DNA of 64,000 nucleotides. It comes from Octopus vulgaris (lineage: Eukaryota). The DNA lies in the NCBI GenBank assembly GCA_951406725.2, contig OX597814.1:114700001-114764000 (forward strand), read 5' to 3'. The position numbers were made by a program, and so were the translations under genes. The notes under the pieces are model-generated. The model worked only from the letters and a program-made list of their open reading frames with translations. It ran no database searches and was not told the DNA's origin. Of the stretch, positions 48,063-61,811 are shown piece after piece (within the stretch, counting starts at the first letter, position 1; each line of letters opens with the position of its first letter).

Positions 48063-50429
48063 ATACGGTATGTAAGTATGTATCATAAGCCGCGTGGTGT
48101 ACGAAAACACATTACTTTTCTACAAAATGCAGTTATCACAGTACTCTGCAAACAACTTCCTGTTGGTGGTAATGGGTGATTTTTTTCTCTGTCATAAGCA
48201 TTTTCTTTTTTTTTTTATTAATAGCTGCAGCGTAATTACGAGTGGATTCTTTTCTGGAGTTCATTAATTTATGATGTGTGGAAAATGTGAAGGAAAATAG
48301 TTAGGTCGATGGTATCGGTCATTTCGACAATTGTTTGGATGGGTCAGTAGTGAAGTCCACAGTGGTCTACAGGGCATTGCAGAAATCAAAGATATTTAAG
48401 TCTAAGAGTAGGGTTTGTGTATGATAAGGTCCTTGCATTGGGATTTGTTTTTATAGCTGTTAATGTTTTATTGTAGTCATTTTATCGTTGCAGCGGCTGC
48501 TTTTACCGTGCTTTTTTCTCGAATTTGACTTTATGTTGGCTTCTGAGTCACAGATGAATTATAGCTATCACTTCTTCCCACTGGCTTCCTGATATTTGAC
48601 AACTCCCTAGCACTTATGCGCTACGATTCCGATGTAATTTCATAGTGTTCTCAAAACATGTAACTCTTAGACCATTTCAGAACCACTTGATCCAGAACCT
48701 ATACTACATTTTGTTTTCTCTATGTCACTACCATATAGAAGAAAAGACGTTTTAAAAGCAATACTTTGAAAGTAATTTGTAAATTAACTTTTAAGCAAAT
48801 CATCAGCATTTCAATTCATTCATGGAAAATTCTTTGGTCAAGTCGTGTGGAAGTATCGCCGCTCCTTTCCTTTATATAACTTCGTTGCCTCTAATCCATA
48901 ACAATGACATCGAATGTAATCCAATTCGTACGTGACTAATCCAATGATGTTCGATAAAGTGCTGTCTTGTTTGAGCTACTGCTGCTGTTAGCGCTCGTAA
49001 GAAACAGCAGTTTCTGTTGTTGCTGCCGTTCTTACTGTTATTGACGCCACTGTTATTGATGCTGTTGTTATTGTCAACTATGTTGTAACTACTCAGGCAA
49101 TTGTTGTTGCTATTATTGGCGTTGCTGATATTGATGTTTCTCCACCTGATGACAGTGACTATACAATTGCTGCAGGTAGCAGTTCTCGCTAGTGCGAGCT
49201 TCTGGTACAAAAACTGCTGCTGTTGACGATGATGTTGTTTTTGCTGTTGTTGTTTGACCACAGAACAACTCTGATAGAGCTTGACATATGATAATAAAGC
49301 ATTACAGCCATGACCATCCCGCCTTTCATTTTCATGTAGGACTACATTGAATAATATGCCCTTTCTTTCCTGAAAACAATGAGGTTTCATTTGAGGGAGA
49401 TTTAGCTAAAATTTCTTGCAGACTGAGTGACTATGGAAATGTCTATCATTAATTCGAAAAAAGAGATGCTAATACCATTTGTGTTGTTGTTATTGTTGTC
49501 GCCCGTTTAATACGGCTGCTATACATAATGTTACAAACATTGTCATTACTCTAGTGATTACTAGTATTTAATAAAAGACGCCCTAGTCCAAAGTCAAACT
49601 AGATTGACACTGACTGCTGTGAGCAATGCTATAGAGATTTCTGGTTTAGTCCATTTATTAATATGGTTCTGTTGAAATACACTGCCTTTATTGCAATTAA
49701 TTTTGAAATAACGAAGAATTTAGTAAAATAATTTTGTCATTAAGCTGGTGTTTAAAACATGAATTAACACGAAATATTGATTGAAAGTTTTAATTTAGGT
49801 CACCCTAAAACAAGAACTTTGTATCATAGAACTAGAGGCAGTCACACGCGAATTCATATTAAAAGAGATGAAGCGATATAGGATATATTGTTCCTCTTTC
49901 AATGAGTAAGGCTATACTCGTTGATCTCCTCTCAGCCTGTCTTCATTAATCTTCCGTACAACAACGTTCTTTCTATTTGAATTATTGACAAGGTTGTGTC
50001 AAAACTGACATTACTTTTAAATGATATTCTTACGTACAAGAAATTACTTTAGATGAACTACCACTCATATTTTCCGTGCCAATATAGAATGATACAAAGC
50101 TTTCTTCAGTAAAAGGCCCTCATAAAAATAATGATTTCTAAGTCACAATTTTCCAGTTAATGTATATATGATTAAACCTGGACTAATACTTGACCTCAGA
50201 GGGATGAAAGGAAAAGTAGATTTCAAAAAGATTTGAATGCAATAATACTAACAATGGTAGCAATAATATGTTGGTAAATAAATTACTAATTTCTACTTTA
50301 ATTAGCTATACAGGTTTAAAATAAATAAGAGAAATATTTACAAAAGAGAAACAAAAGATATTAGAGCAACAGAAAGTGGTGTGATAAATAATGCTTTTAA
50401 ATAGGTGATAAAAGCAAATGAAATATATT

Positions 50430-50602
50430 GGTTACAGATTTTGACACAAGGCCCGTATTCAACTGGTACTTATGATATCGACCTCTAAAGGATGAAAACC
50501 AAAGCTTATCGCGGTAGAATTTGAACTCAGAACGTTAAGACGGACGAAATGCCGCCAGGCATTTTTTCTGGCGTGCTACCAATTTTGCCAACTCGCCCAC
50601 TT
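50430..50602 (-). mobile_element. SINE family A, diverged
   Basis: aactggtactta...atcgacctctaaaggatgaaa...gaatttgaactcagaacg...gccaactcgcc. Confidence 0.85.
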
Positions 50603-51539
50603 AAACAAATGAGATATGTGCCAGGTGTTATGTATCATTGATTATTTGTAAGTTTCTCATTCACACATCAAAACAAAATCAAATTATGCACAAATACATA
50701 AGAACAATAAACCAAACAATGACTGAACCTCTTACGTTTATGTTCGACCAGCTAGAAATAGAAGCCAAATCTCCTCCAAATAATTTATCTTCTTAAATAA
50801 GTTTAATGTGGTCCTGATTTACCTACAAATAGAGTAATCCTGATCGTTGTTGGTGTAATACATTCCATCTTAGGATTCAATAAGGGCTGACTTTGGACCA
50901 AACGGCAAAAATAGATAAATGTGTTAATTAAATTTTAGCTGTTCACATTAGTTCCTGTTTTGTTGAATTTATAATTGATTAAATCAATGACAACATCCAG
51001 AAATAAACCAGAAGAAAATTGTATGAAAACGTCCAATAAAATTTATGAAGGATACTGCACGTAATCGAATGTGCTGTTATGGTACAGTGTTACTGTAAGC
51101 TGTCGTTTTTCACAAGCAAATATAAAGTTATTGACTTCCTTATTTTACCTTCTGTTTCATTTCTTTAGATATTCTTGAAAGTTAACAGATATATAAATAA
51201 AACAAAATGCTACATTGCTGGTGGATTAATTTACTTACTCGTGTGTTCTTCACACAAAGACACACATTCTAACATACACACATGCATGAGTTTTCCAATT
51301 ATAGATTTAAATATATTCAGAAACAAACCCAACGTGTATATAACATGCAATGCTGTGGTTTTTCCCGATATATAAAAATAATTTTAATATAGAGCTCCAT
51401 TCTACCCCAAAATAGTAACAAATAGACATATATAAATACATCTCCAGTTATGCAATTGAATATATTGGTGAACAACGCAGTATATGCTAGTAAATATTAA
51501 GGGAAATATCTGGTGAAATTTTCTGATTACTATTTCGTA

Positions 51540-53652
51540 CGTGTATTGTACACTGCAGATACCAAAGTGGACGGCATGCCTTTATATATAGTCAGTAGTT
51601 CACATATCGGAGGAAGAAGCATGCTTCAAAGCATTAGAGCATTAATATATATTTAGGAAGTAATAAATGTCATGGCCAGTCCCAAAGTGACTATGGACTT
51701 CGTACCCATAAAGCGCTTAGCAGTATAGACGATTCCGTAGACCCAAATGGCCGAAGGCGCATAACCTCTCTACAACTGGAGGAAGAAATTCGTTACGGTC
51801 AGTTAGTTTTGAACGTTTGTTGTTCCATGTAGAAGTTCAATGACTGTCAAAGGGAAAAATCCTGAAGGTTTCTATTCCATTTTTAAAAGAAGTCGAACTC
51901 CCTCAAGGCTCTAATTCTGTTCTTTGTGACTATCTACGAAATATCAAGAATGACATTGCTTATATGGCAGCTATATTCACAAAGTACAATAAACTTAATT
52001 TGCAGCTGCAAGGAAATGAGTTTAAGCCTTATCAAGATAAAATTGGTCTTCTTCTTATCTCTGTTCAATGTACAGTTATTGAAATTTAACATACGCTATC
52101 GTGACTGCTTCCAGTTTCTGAATTGATTTAAAGTGGAGAAGGAGAAGCGCATACCAGATGACATTCAAGTGTCTCGTAGCAACTTGATGAGCCGCAGAGA
52201 TTGTATCTAACAGATTTCAAGATATTTATTTTTGCTTAAAATACCAGTCTGGATGATACCTAGATATCAGCAATCACGAAACAAAAATTGTAGAAGAATA
52301 AATGATTTCACTTTAAAATCAAATTCAGCAAAAGCCGAAGTTCAAAAAACCAAATCAGGGTATTTTTATTGCAAAAATACTTTTCCGTCTGCTGTTCTGC
52401 ACTGTGGAATAAAGCCAAGATGTACTTAATTGCCATCTCACCATGATATTTAGTAGAGCAGACCTTCAGTGCAGCTACCCAACCACTTTCTAAGACTGAA
52501 AATTATTGAACGCGTGGGTGTAAGCTTGATGTCAAAAAAACAGATCCCTGTGTCAAGTACATCAATTGTATTATAAAGGGTGTCCCAAAAGCCACTGATG
52601 GGTTTCAATTTTAATAACTTCTATAACGTTATAAATAAATGCATGAAATTTTGATACAATATAAAGGATATAATGGAAATTAATATGCACAAGTCAAATT
52701 TTGCAACACCACCACATCACATATAAAAAATGACATCGCTTAAATGCCAGCCATTTTCGGCTTCGCACGCCCGTGCTCTTTCCAAAACTTGCACCATAAC
52801 ACCCTGAAGAGTTTCAGATGACACCTCTCTGATTTATCTTTTGATGTTCTCCTTCAGGTGCACCAGGGTCTCCGGTTTGTTGACGTAAAAACTTTCTTTC
52901 GGGTATCCCTACAGAAAAAATTCCGGCCTAGTCAAGTCTGGGGAACGTGAAGGCCAGTTGACATTGCCGTTGTGGGAGATTATTCTCTCTCCTAAGCACT
53001 GCCGTAGCAACTGCATTGTTTCTCTTGCGGTATGAACAGTTGCTCCAACTTGCTGGAACCATGTATGAGGTCTACTTTGAATGACCGGGTTCAAAAAAGT
53101 CTCAATCATGGATTTACTTCAACAACCAGGATACCCTGGTGCAACTGAAGGAGAACATCAAAAGAGAAATCAGAAAAGTGGGGTCTGAAACTCTTGAGGG
53201 TATTATGGTGCAAGTTTTGGAAAGGGCACGGGTGTGCAAAGCCAAAGATGGCTACCATTTAAGTGATTTAGTGGTGTTGCAAAATATATAGGATGTAATG
53301 GTATTGCAGAATTTGGCTAGTGCATTTAATTTCCATTATGATCATTATATTATATCAAAATTTCATGCATTTAGTTGTTAAGGAAGTTAAGGAAGTTATT
53401 AAAAATGGAAACCCATCAGTGGGACACCCTGTAGATATAAAAGCGACATAACAACAGGTGCATTGTATATTTACGCTTCCATATTGTACATGCAACAACA
53501 TAATGGGTTAACCAGGTTAAGTTATATTTGCGATCACAGTCGTTTTGAAAGTGCAGTGAAAAGAGATCTCAGTTTGAGGCCGGAGGGTGCGTATTAAGCG
53601 TGTGACCTGAGAGGCAAAGGGGCAGTAGTTAAAAAGCGTTTCAGAACCACTG
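51540..53652 (+). mobile_element. Degenerate hAT (Charlie/Buster-type) transposon, interrupted by a Tc1 element
   Basis: FERLLFHVEVQ*LSKG (about 51810-51855; cf. LLLHTEVRWLSKG), DIAYMAAIFTKYNKLNLQLQGNE, LIAISP*YLVEQTFSA (cf. FPSSYLVERGFSA); right end agaaccactg (53643-53652) matches a cagtggttct-type TIR. Confidence 0.82.
52576..53431 (-). mobile_element. Tc1/mariner derivative made of two inverted 3' ends around a transposase fragment
   Basis: TA-aagggtgtccc...gggacaccctg-TA; minus strand WFQQVGATVHTARETMQLLR...WPSRSPDLTRPEFFL*GYPK...YVNKPETL..LKENI; 53120-53431 is an inverted copy of 52576-52885. Confidence 0.9.
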
Positions 53653-54004
53653 CTTTAGATAGTGAGAATAGTGTGCTATAAAAAGCAAGGAAGAATATAG
53701 AAGTGATAGGGTAAAATATGATATTGAACACAAATGGTTTGGCTTTAAATAGAAGGATAACAAATCACTAAAAATGCTGACGAAGATAAATGTAAAATAG
53801 AAATGGTAAACTATTATACAAAACAATCAGACAAACAGTTCATGCTCCAAGTAAACAGTCAGTAATAACAGAAGATATTATGTTGACTCTGCAATCAACA
53901 CTGACATTTTTATTCAGTTCATGTTGGGCACGTTAAGTATATATGTGTATACAGCCCTGCAAAGGCAATTAACAAGTGTGTGTATGTGTGTGACTCAGTG
54001 AGTA

Positions 54005-54375
54005 TAGGCGCGGGCATGGCTGAGTGGTAAGAAACTTACTTCCCAACCACATGATCCCGAGTGCAGTCCCACTGCATTTCACTTGAGCAAGTGTCTTCTT
54101 CTATAGCCTCAGGCTGACCTTGTGAGTGAATTTAGTAAAGGGAAACTGAAAGAAGCCTGTCGTATATATAGATGTATATATTTATGTGTATGTGTGTGTT
54201 TGTCACACCGCCATAACTTGACAACGGATGTTAGTGTCTTTGCGTCCACGAAACTCTGGCTAATCGTTGATAGAATAAGTACTTGATTTACAAAAAATAA
54301 GTCCTGGGGTCGAATTCTTCGACTAAAGGCAGTGCTTCAGCATGGCCGCAGTTAAATGACTGAAACATATGAAAG
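54005..54375 (+). mobile_element. SINE family B, full length, diverged
   Basis: taggcgcgggcatggctgagtggtaag head through aggcagtgcttcagcatggccgcagttaaatgactgaaac tail. Confidence 0.88.
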
Positions 54376-54789
54376 AATATGAGTGTGTGTGTGTGTGTGA
54401 TTATGTACCTCTTGAAAAGATTATAAGGTATGACTGAACATGATCCTTTAAGGCAATACACTTTTATTTGTTGGTACATTTTAGCTTTTGAGAGGTAGAC
54501 TGAAAACGAGTACCGACACTACATCGCCTGACAGTTCAGTGCCTACAATTCAGCGCTAGATATTGCAGCGCATAGACAATTTATAGCATAAACAATTCAG
54601 AGCATGTAAGATATATATATATATTATATATATATAATTTATTATTACCTTATATTGGTGTTGATTGTATATCCAAAACACATGCAACCTACAAACACAC
54701 AAGTCATAGAATAGATTAACTATGCATGTATGTATGTATTGGTTGTCAAGCGATGTTGGGGGTACAAACACAGACATAAGAACATATAC

Positions 54790-54948
54790 GCACTGGCTGT
54801 GTGGTAAGTAGCTTGTTTACCAACCACATGGTTCCGGGTTCAGTCCAACTGCGTAGCACCTTGGGCAAGTGTCTTCTACTATAGCCTCGGGCCGACCAAA
54901 GCCTTGTGAGTGGATTTGGCAGACGGAAACTGACAGAAGCCCGTCGTA

Positions 54949-54985
<37 letters not shown>

Positions 54986-55190
54986 GTGTGTTCGTGTCTG
55001 TCCCCCTAGCATTGCTTGACAACCGATGCTGGTGTGTTTATGTCCCCGTTACTTAGCGGTTCGGCAAAAGAGACCGATAAAATAAGTACTAGGCTTACAA
55101 AAAAATAAGTCCCGGCGTCGATTTGCTCGATTAAAGGCGATGCTCCAGCATGGCCGCAGTCAAATGACAAACAAGTAAAAGATAAAAGAG
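54790..55190 (+). mobile_element. SINE family B, near consensus
   Basis: tggctgtgtggtaag (box A-like), ggttcagtcc (box B-like), accttgggcaagtgtctt (CORE-like), tail ggcgatgctccagcatggccgcagtcaaatgac...agtaaaag. Confidence 0.93.
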
Positions 55191-55199
55191 ACACATATA

Positions 55200-55363
55200 T
55201 AAGACGGGCTTCTTTCGGTTTCCGCCTACCAAATCCACTCACAAGGCTTTGGTCAGCCCAAGGCTATAGTAGAAGACACTTGCTCAAGGTGCCACGCAGT
55301 GGGACTGAATCCGGAACCATGTGGTTGGTAAGCAGGCTACTTACCACACACCCACTCTTGCGT
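55200..55363 (-). mobile_element. SINE family B 5' half, inverted relative to 54790
   Basis: Reverse complement of 54790-54950. Confidence 0.92.
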
Positions 55364-57639
55364 CTTTGGGCATTTATATATGTATGTCTGTAAAATGTTG
55401 TTGCAAGAAAGATTTCATAGAAACTCTGGGATATCCTGCACTGAATTGCGCTGAATTGTCGGCGCCACGGAAAACTTTACTCTGTAAAGTTATCCAGCAA
55501 TATTTGTATTGCTTTCTTTGTAACTGGCACGAACTGATTAGAGTTTGGGATCAATCCGTTACTGTTAAAGGATTCTGGATTGTTTTTCCTGTTTTTTTTT
55601 TACTCAACTTTTAGTATTTTTTTTTACTCAACTTTTAATATTTTTTAAAAATTAATTTTTAGTATTCTCGTTTGTGAGAGCAGTCGAGTATATTTCAGAT
55701 ATTCTCATTTTAAAAATCATATCTGGCTAATCGTTGAGAAGACGTTGGTGTTGCCTTGGCGGAGGTGCTCTTGTTTACATTCACTTTCTAAAAAGACAAA
55801 ATGCTACAAGCTGTCCTAATTTAGTAGTTACAAAACTTTTGTTTAATAGACTCATAAATTCAAAATGATCGCATGAGTCTCATGAAAACTTCACTGTTGC
55901 ATTAAAGAAAAATAGGTAATTAAATATTAAAGTAACAGCTGTCATAACATCACAATATTAAAAAAATTAAATTGGTTACTGCTGCGTCAGGGCCTTTTTG
56001 AGAGTAACCTGAAACTATTGATATTAAGGCGCTATTGAGGCTGTTCTAAGCAGCAGGAGTTTTCCTGAAGTAAACACTGTTTGCATTTAACAAAGAGATT
56101 TCTTGATAATTTTGCCTGAAGAAATAAGAAATAAGATATCGATTCTCTTATTTCTCGTAAACTATTGCATTATAGACACAGGCATTCCTACCTCACATAT
56201 TGTTACGTGGACATACTAAGACACACACGTACACATACAATGCAAGTCCACATGTTCATATTTTCTTTCATTTAATTGCATTTCACACCATATGTGTGTG
56301 TGTGTGTTTGTGTTTGTGTCTGTGTGTGTGTGTTTGTGTATGTGTCTGTGTGTGTGTGCGTGTGCGCGCTTTATGGAAAGACTTAATAGTTACTCGGAGT
56401 TCCACGTAGCCCATCATCAGGTAGTCGTGAGTTTTAGAAAAATGCAATGGTTTATAACTATGAATAAATATTCCTTTAATGCAGACATGCATAAGATTTG
56501 TCTGTAGGTTGTTTCTAATTTACTTGGTGGATAATTTAATTCAATATTGAACAGTATTCTTACTTTTTAAAGGTTGAAATTTTAAAGTAGTAAATCTTTA
56601 AAACTATAAAATAATGTTTACACTTGTGTGTGTTAAAATAGAAATTTGTATGAAAAATGAATTCAACCAGTCAAATTCTTTATCAGTATTGATTTCATCC
56701 CTCATAAATTTTATGTACATGTGCTTAAAATAACAAGTGCTAACCAAAGAGGAAGAAGAAGAAAAAAATGTAAAACTTTGTTTAGGGCAGCTTACATGTA
56801 AATATAAAAATTTAAAAGGTGTAGATCTTACTGAATGTCATTTTAAATTATAAAATAAGTAATTTAGAACCAAGCTTGTACATCTATTTGTATGTTGCTA
56901 CGTAAATATTAAAAATCATATTTCGCTGAGAGTAAGCGAATGACGTCGCCTCTCCATAGCATATAAGTACAGGTATGAATGTATGGTGTATGAATATATA
57001 ATGATGGAACAAACTTTCTATTCTTTTATCCTTTCATATGATATATATCTGTCATATTGTCATCCATAAAAGTATATTTTGTGTAAGATGGGCGAGTTTC
57101 TTTCTCAGAGCAGTCCTTATGACGACTTGGATCAATAATTTGAAAATCTTAGCCTCGTAGATCATTAGCTCATCGAGTAGAAAGCCTTGTTTTATTTTTT
57201 TAACTCGGCGCTCTACAGTCTTATTTCAACAACGACTTTGTCATTTCTTCGATAGAAAAAGCGTTAATCCAATGCAATGGATTGGTAGAAATGTCAGAAT
57301 ATCAAACATGTTACCCTGTGGTATTTGTTGTTTTCCTACGCTGTTCTGAGTTCAAATCTTGCCGCAGCTGACTTATATGGTAGATCTAGTTTATTGCTCG
57401 GTTTAACATCACAACACCAGACACCTTTCGCGTCATTAAAGATGACCATTCTGATACAACCATCCAGACCAGGCCTTCGGTTTGAGAACACCTCCCTCTG
57501 TCCATGCCGTCCACTAGTCTCGGAGGTCTAATGACGGATCCTGGGTACTCCCATCTTTCAGGAGAAATAGAAATAAAATCGAATAGTACGAGCAAGTACA
57601 ATTTCATTTCGAAAGTTCCAAATTTGTTCCAATTGTAGT

Positions 57640-57992
57640 TTACTTGAAATATTCTTTTCAAACCCACTTCTTGACACCTTAGTCCAGTGTCGTCAACTAA
57701 AGCTCCGGACTGTCCAATGCCTGGTAAGTGAATTTGGTAGACAAGAACTGTGGTATACATACACACAGACTCACGCATACATATGTGTGTGTGTGCGTGT
57801 TCACCCTCACCACACCGTATGAAAATCGATGTTGGCTTCTTCACATCTCCGTAGCCTATCAGTTCGGAAAAAGAGAACAGTTGAATAATTTTCTAATTTT
57901 TTAAAAAAAGTTGTGAGGATGATTTGTTCGACTGAACGCTTCAACGTTGTGCCCCAGCATGGCCACAATCAAATGACTGAAACAAGTAACAA
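57640..57992 (+). mobile_element. SINE family B, diverged
   Basis: gtaagtgaatttggtagac...tgccccagcatggccacaatcaaatgactgaaacaagtaa. Confidence 0.8.
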
Positions 57993-58877
57993 AAAAAAAG
58001 GTAAATATTATTCTGTCTGGAGTATTAAAAAAAACCCAAGACTTGATAATCCGATTGATACCGCATAAGCTGAACGTGACGTATTTATCAAAGTTCATTC
58101 TAACGATATTGTTCAAATTCTCATTCACTTGCAGTTTTGCGGGGAAGTGTACGCACTTGTATCGATTTCAGTGTTCGACTGGTACTTATTTTTATCTATC
58201 GCAGAAGGATGAAAGACAAAGTCGAGCCTATAAGCATTTGCACTCAGAACATAAAGGTAAACATCAAAATAACGATTTGTCTCTCAATCTGCCGATTCTA
58301 CCAGTCCATCTCTCTATTCCAACGATATTATTGAAATATATATCCAAGCATTAGTTTGATGACGGATACTCCGAAATGTTCAGTGATATTTGTAGATTAT
58401 GCTACAGCTACCTGAAATTTACTAAAAATAGTGAGTTATGAGCAAAATAATTTGAATACTTCAAATCTTGTCTGTTTAAAATATTTTCAGAGCAGATATA
58501 TAATTTCTGATTTTTTCTTCAGTTTTTTTTTTGTTGTTCCATGTCATTTTGATATTTCCAGCGAAGGATAATTTGAGTATTGTGACGATGGGAACTTTTC
58601 TAATGGCATTACAAAATGTCACACAGATATTGAAGCGATTCCTGTGGGGAATTATAACACAACGAACATTACTATCCTATTTTCATTAGAAATAATCTAA
58701 ATACTACTTAGCAATGACATTATTCTTTAATGGATATGACTACGTGTGTACGTACGTATGCATCTAGGTATATATATATATATATATATAAATGGTAGGA
58801 TAACAAAAGAAAGAAAGAGACCTCGATATTATGTAAAATAGAGGAATTTATCTAAATGTAATATGAGACAATTTTTC

Positions 58878-58955
58878 GGTAGCCATGATAAAACTCCGAG
58901 TTTCGGATGCTGAGGTGGAAGTCCACGCCGCCATCTCTTCAGATATCCGGCCATC
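58878..58955 (-). ncRNA. Type I hammerhead-like ribozyme with extended stems
   Basis: gatggccggatat-CTGAAGA-gatg...gtgg-actt-ccac...catc-c-GAAA-ctcggag-TT-ttatcatggctacc; stem I gata/tatc plus ggcc/ggct beyond an internal loop; imperfect at the bases of stems I and II. Confidence 0.65.
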
Positions 58956-58961
58956 GGAAGA

Positions 58962-59190
58962 TGACCGGGCGTTGTGAGTGTGTAGTAAGCGAAAACACCT
59001 AAAACTTTACGAGGCTCCGGCAGGGGGCGGTGACAATCCCTGCTGTACTCTTTCGCCACAACTTTCTCTCACTCTTTCTTCTGTTGGCCTGCTTGGTGGT
59101 GTCATTTGAAGGCTAAAACAATGCAAAGCGCATTGTGACCAGCGATGTGAAGCAACATCTGATACCTGATAGCCTGGTGATCATGGTTAT
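58962..59190 (+). mobile_element. SINE family C, tail type 2, 5'-truncated
   Basis: gaccgggcgttgtgagtg...aggctaaaacaatgcaaagcgcattgtgaccagcgatgtg matches 39645-39870. Confidence 0.9.
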
Positions 59191-59229
59191 ATATACATAT
59201 ATATATATATATTCACACGTGTGTGTGTA

Positions 59230-59625
59230 TTCTTTTATTTGTTTAATTGTTTCAGTCGTTAGACTCCAGCCACGCTGGAGTACTGTCTTGAGTCGAACAA
59301 ATCGTCGCAAATACTTATGTAGGCCTAGTACTTATTCTGCCGTTCTAACCGACATCGGTTGTTAAGTCGTTGTGGGGGACAAACACATAGACACACACAC
59401 ACATGCGTGCGCAGGTAGACACACATATACACACGCACACATACAATCACACACGCTATATGACGAGCTTTTATCAGTTTCCGTTTACCAAATCTGCTTA
59501 CAAGGTTTTGGTCAGTCGGGGTTATAGAAAAAGATACTTTCCCAATGTTTCACTCTGCAGGACTGAATCTGGAACCATGTGATTGGTAAGTAAGTTTCAT
59601 ACCAGGCAGTCACGCCCACGCCTAA
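59230..59625 (-). mobile_element. SINE family B, diverged
   Basis: Reverse-complement head at about 59620 and tail at about 59235. Confidence 0.82.
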
Positions 59626-60294
59626 CACATAAAAATGTCCACACATGATTTATAAGTTTGCTCACACTCATACATACCTTTGATGGTTAAACCTATTACA
59701 AGGGAGATATACATGTTATAGTTCGAGACAAAATTAGAGATTTGAAATTGAATTCAAGGAACAGCAAAGAAAGAGTTGCATGGAATTCATATATTCAAGA
59801 ATACTTATCCAATGCAAAATTCTTCAAATTTCTTATCATTGGCAATTATGTTTTCTACAATCTCATTCTCTCCAGAGAACGCAACAGAACATCACCTGCG
59901 TCTTATTATTTGAATATTTTAAGAGGAGGGACATTTCATTAAAGATTGAAAAGATTGTAGTCTTGAGGAATTCATGGAATGTTTATTTTTCTTTGTATGA
60001 CGTTAGTAGATTAGGAACCGAAAAGATAGAAATAAAGTTCTTAGCGTTGAGATACGGAATAATAACTGCTTCCAAGAAATTCTACCTTGTAAAAATGTCA
60101 TTAAGGGACCAAGATTTAAAATTTTCCGAACAAATAAATTTACAAGCCGTTTTCTGATGTTTTCTTTGCGGAAAAGACATTGGTTTCAAGATTTATTTTG
60201 TGGTATTCCGTCATTTGTGTGGTACAAAAGACATCTTTTCATAAACTCACATGCCTTAAGTGTCGGCGAAAGTTTAAAATGGATTTGCATACGC

Positions 60295-60533
60295 ACACAA
60301 ATACATACACACATTTTACTTTATGATATTTATGTATATATACATGCATATATATATATATATATATGTATATATGTGTATATACATATATGTAAAAATG
60401 TGTGTATATATATGTATGTGTATATATATGTATATATATGTGTGTGTATATATGTGTATATATGTGATATATATATGTGTGTGTGTATATATGTGTGTGT
60501 GTATATGTGTGTGTGTATATATATATATGTATG

Positions 60534-60564
<31 letters not shown>

Positions 60565-60660
60565 ATGTATATATATATGTGTGTGTGTGTATGTATATAT
60601 ATATGTGTGTGTGTATGTATATATATGTGTGTATGTATGTATGTATGTACACACACACAC
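60295..60660. repeat. (TA)n/(TG)n compound microsatellite
   Basis: Direct reading. Confidence 0.96.
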
Positions 60661-60661
60661 A

Positions 60662-61030
60662 TACTTTCCACCACCGCCGTGAGAGCTACATCGTTTGTAG
60701 AATGATTGCCCAAACCACCTTAACATTAGATTCAGGATTCACCTAAGGCTCGGGTCACTTGCCATACGTATCCCCCATAATTCAGGATCACACCACACAA
60801 CTTCACTGTAAAACAATTTCTGTTCCTCAACAAGCCCTGCTCTATTTAACATTGTCCTAAAACAAATCAAAGCAAAAAATCTTATCACCTTCAAACAAAA
60901 CCTGAACAAATTTCTTGTATGGGCCATGATACCATAAAACTTGACATATAATTAACTTAGCAGATCTTACCAGGTGGTGCTATAAAGTAAGATACGGCCT
61001 CTGCCAGTCACTGGCCGAAACATATCTAAG
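60662..61030 (+). mobile_element. Older 3' fragment of the same LINE family as 2379-4336
   Basis: cgccgtgagagctacatc, cctcaacaagccctgctctatttaacattgtcc and caggtggtgctat...cgaaacatatctaag match 3853-4320. Confidence 0.9.
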
Positions 61031-61811
61031 TGTGCAATCGCTTTGTATTTATAATTTTACCTTTTATGGTGCTTTATTCTTTCTGGATCGTAATATTATT
61101 TTTAATAATATTTATATCTCTTTTCATTGACCTTGGTTCCAATTTTTACTGAGGCTTTCAGCCGAGTAAAGAAGCGAAGATGTAGTGATGATTTTAAAAG
61201 TTCGGTCGCTAACGGTAGATTCAACTGAAGGTGACCAGTCAGATTCGCACCTATGCAAGTGATCCGAAAAGTCTGAAACTGCAGTATTGAATTATCTTTC
61301 ATTCTTCTAACGGTCTCCGTAGAGGTAAGACAGATTTTCCTCTATTCTCCGCCCGCAAATATCTCTATGAAGCTCTATATAGCGCTGATAACTTACGGGC
61401 TGTTATTTCTAGCAATGGTTGTACCTCGTGTACCTCGTGTACATTCACTTTGTGTACACACACACGCACACACGAAAAAAATTTCTTTTGTAGCTGTTCC
61501 GCAGATATCTTTTGACGTAATTAACAATTATATTTTGCGTCGATGTAGATTTTTTGAGGGATGTTGCTGATATTTAAAAAGAGAATGTTTGATTTGTATC
61601 AGATTATTTACAATTTGTCTTCGTTGTTTATTGTTGCCATCTTGAAAAGCACCGGCATTTCTAAACAGTATACACTCGTATCTTTCATCTGAAGCAAGAA
61701 GAACAACGCATAAAATAATCCTTAATTGTACCGAAAATACAAGCAAAAAAAACTATTTCTGATTATAAACAAACTGGCTGCAACACCGCCTAACAGAAAT
61801 CTACTTCCGCA

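Noticed and set aside
48872-49390. 172-aa Q/N-rich ORF on the minus strand
   Set aside because: Decayed CAA/CAG/AAC trinucleotide sequence, with the repeat phase switching from Q to N mid-ORF; no domain or clear splice signals.
51131-51200. Possible + strand 3' splice site (ttgac...tttcatttctttag, AG at 51167-51168)
   Set aside because: Reasonable acceptor, but no convincing donor or coding frame downstream; such tracts are common in AT-rich DNA.
56390-56432. Minus-strand ctgatga followed by ggaactc
   Set aside because: No GAAA and no stem II.
57400-57462. Minus-strand gtcat/atgac hairpin followed by gcgaaa
   Set aside because: CUGANGA not recognisable.
58346-58388. ttgatgacggatactccgaaatgttc hammerhead-like string
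   Set aside because: C3 missing, 3-bp stem II and no clear stem I; possibly a relic but unsupported.
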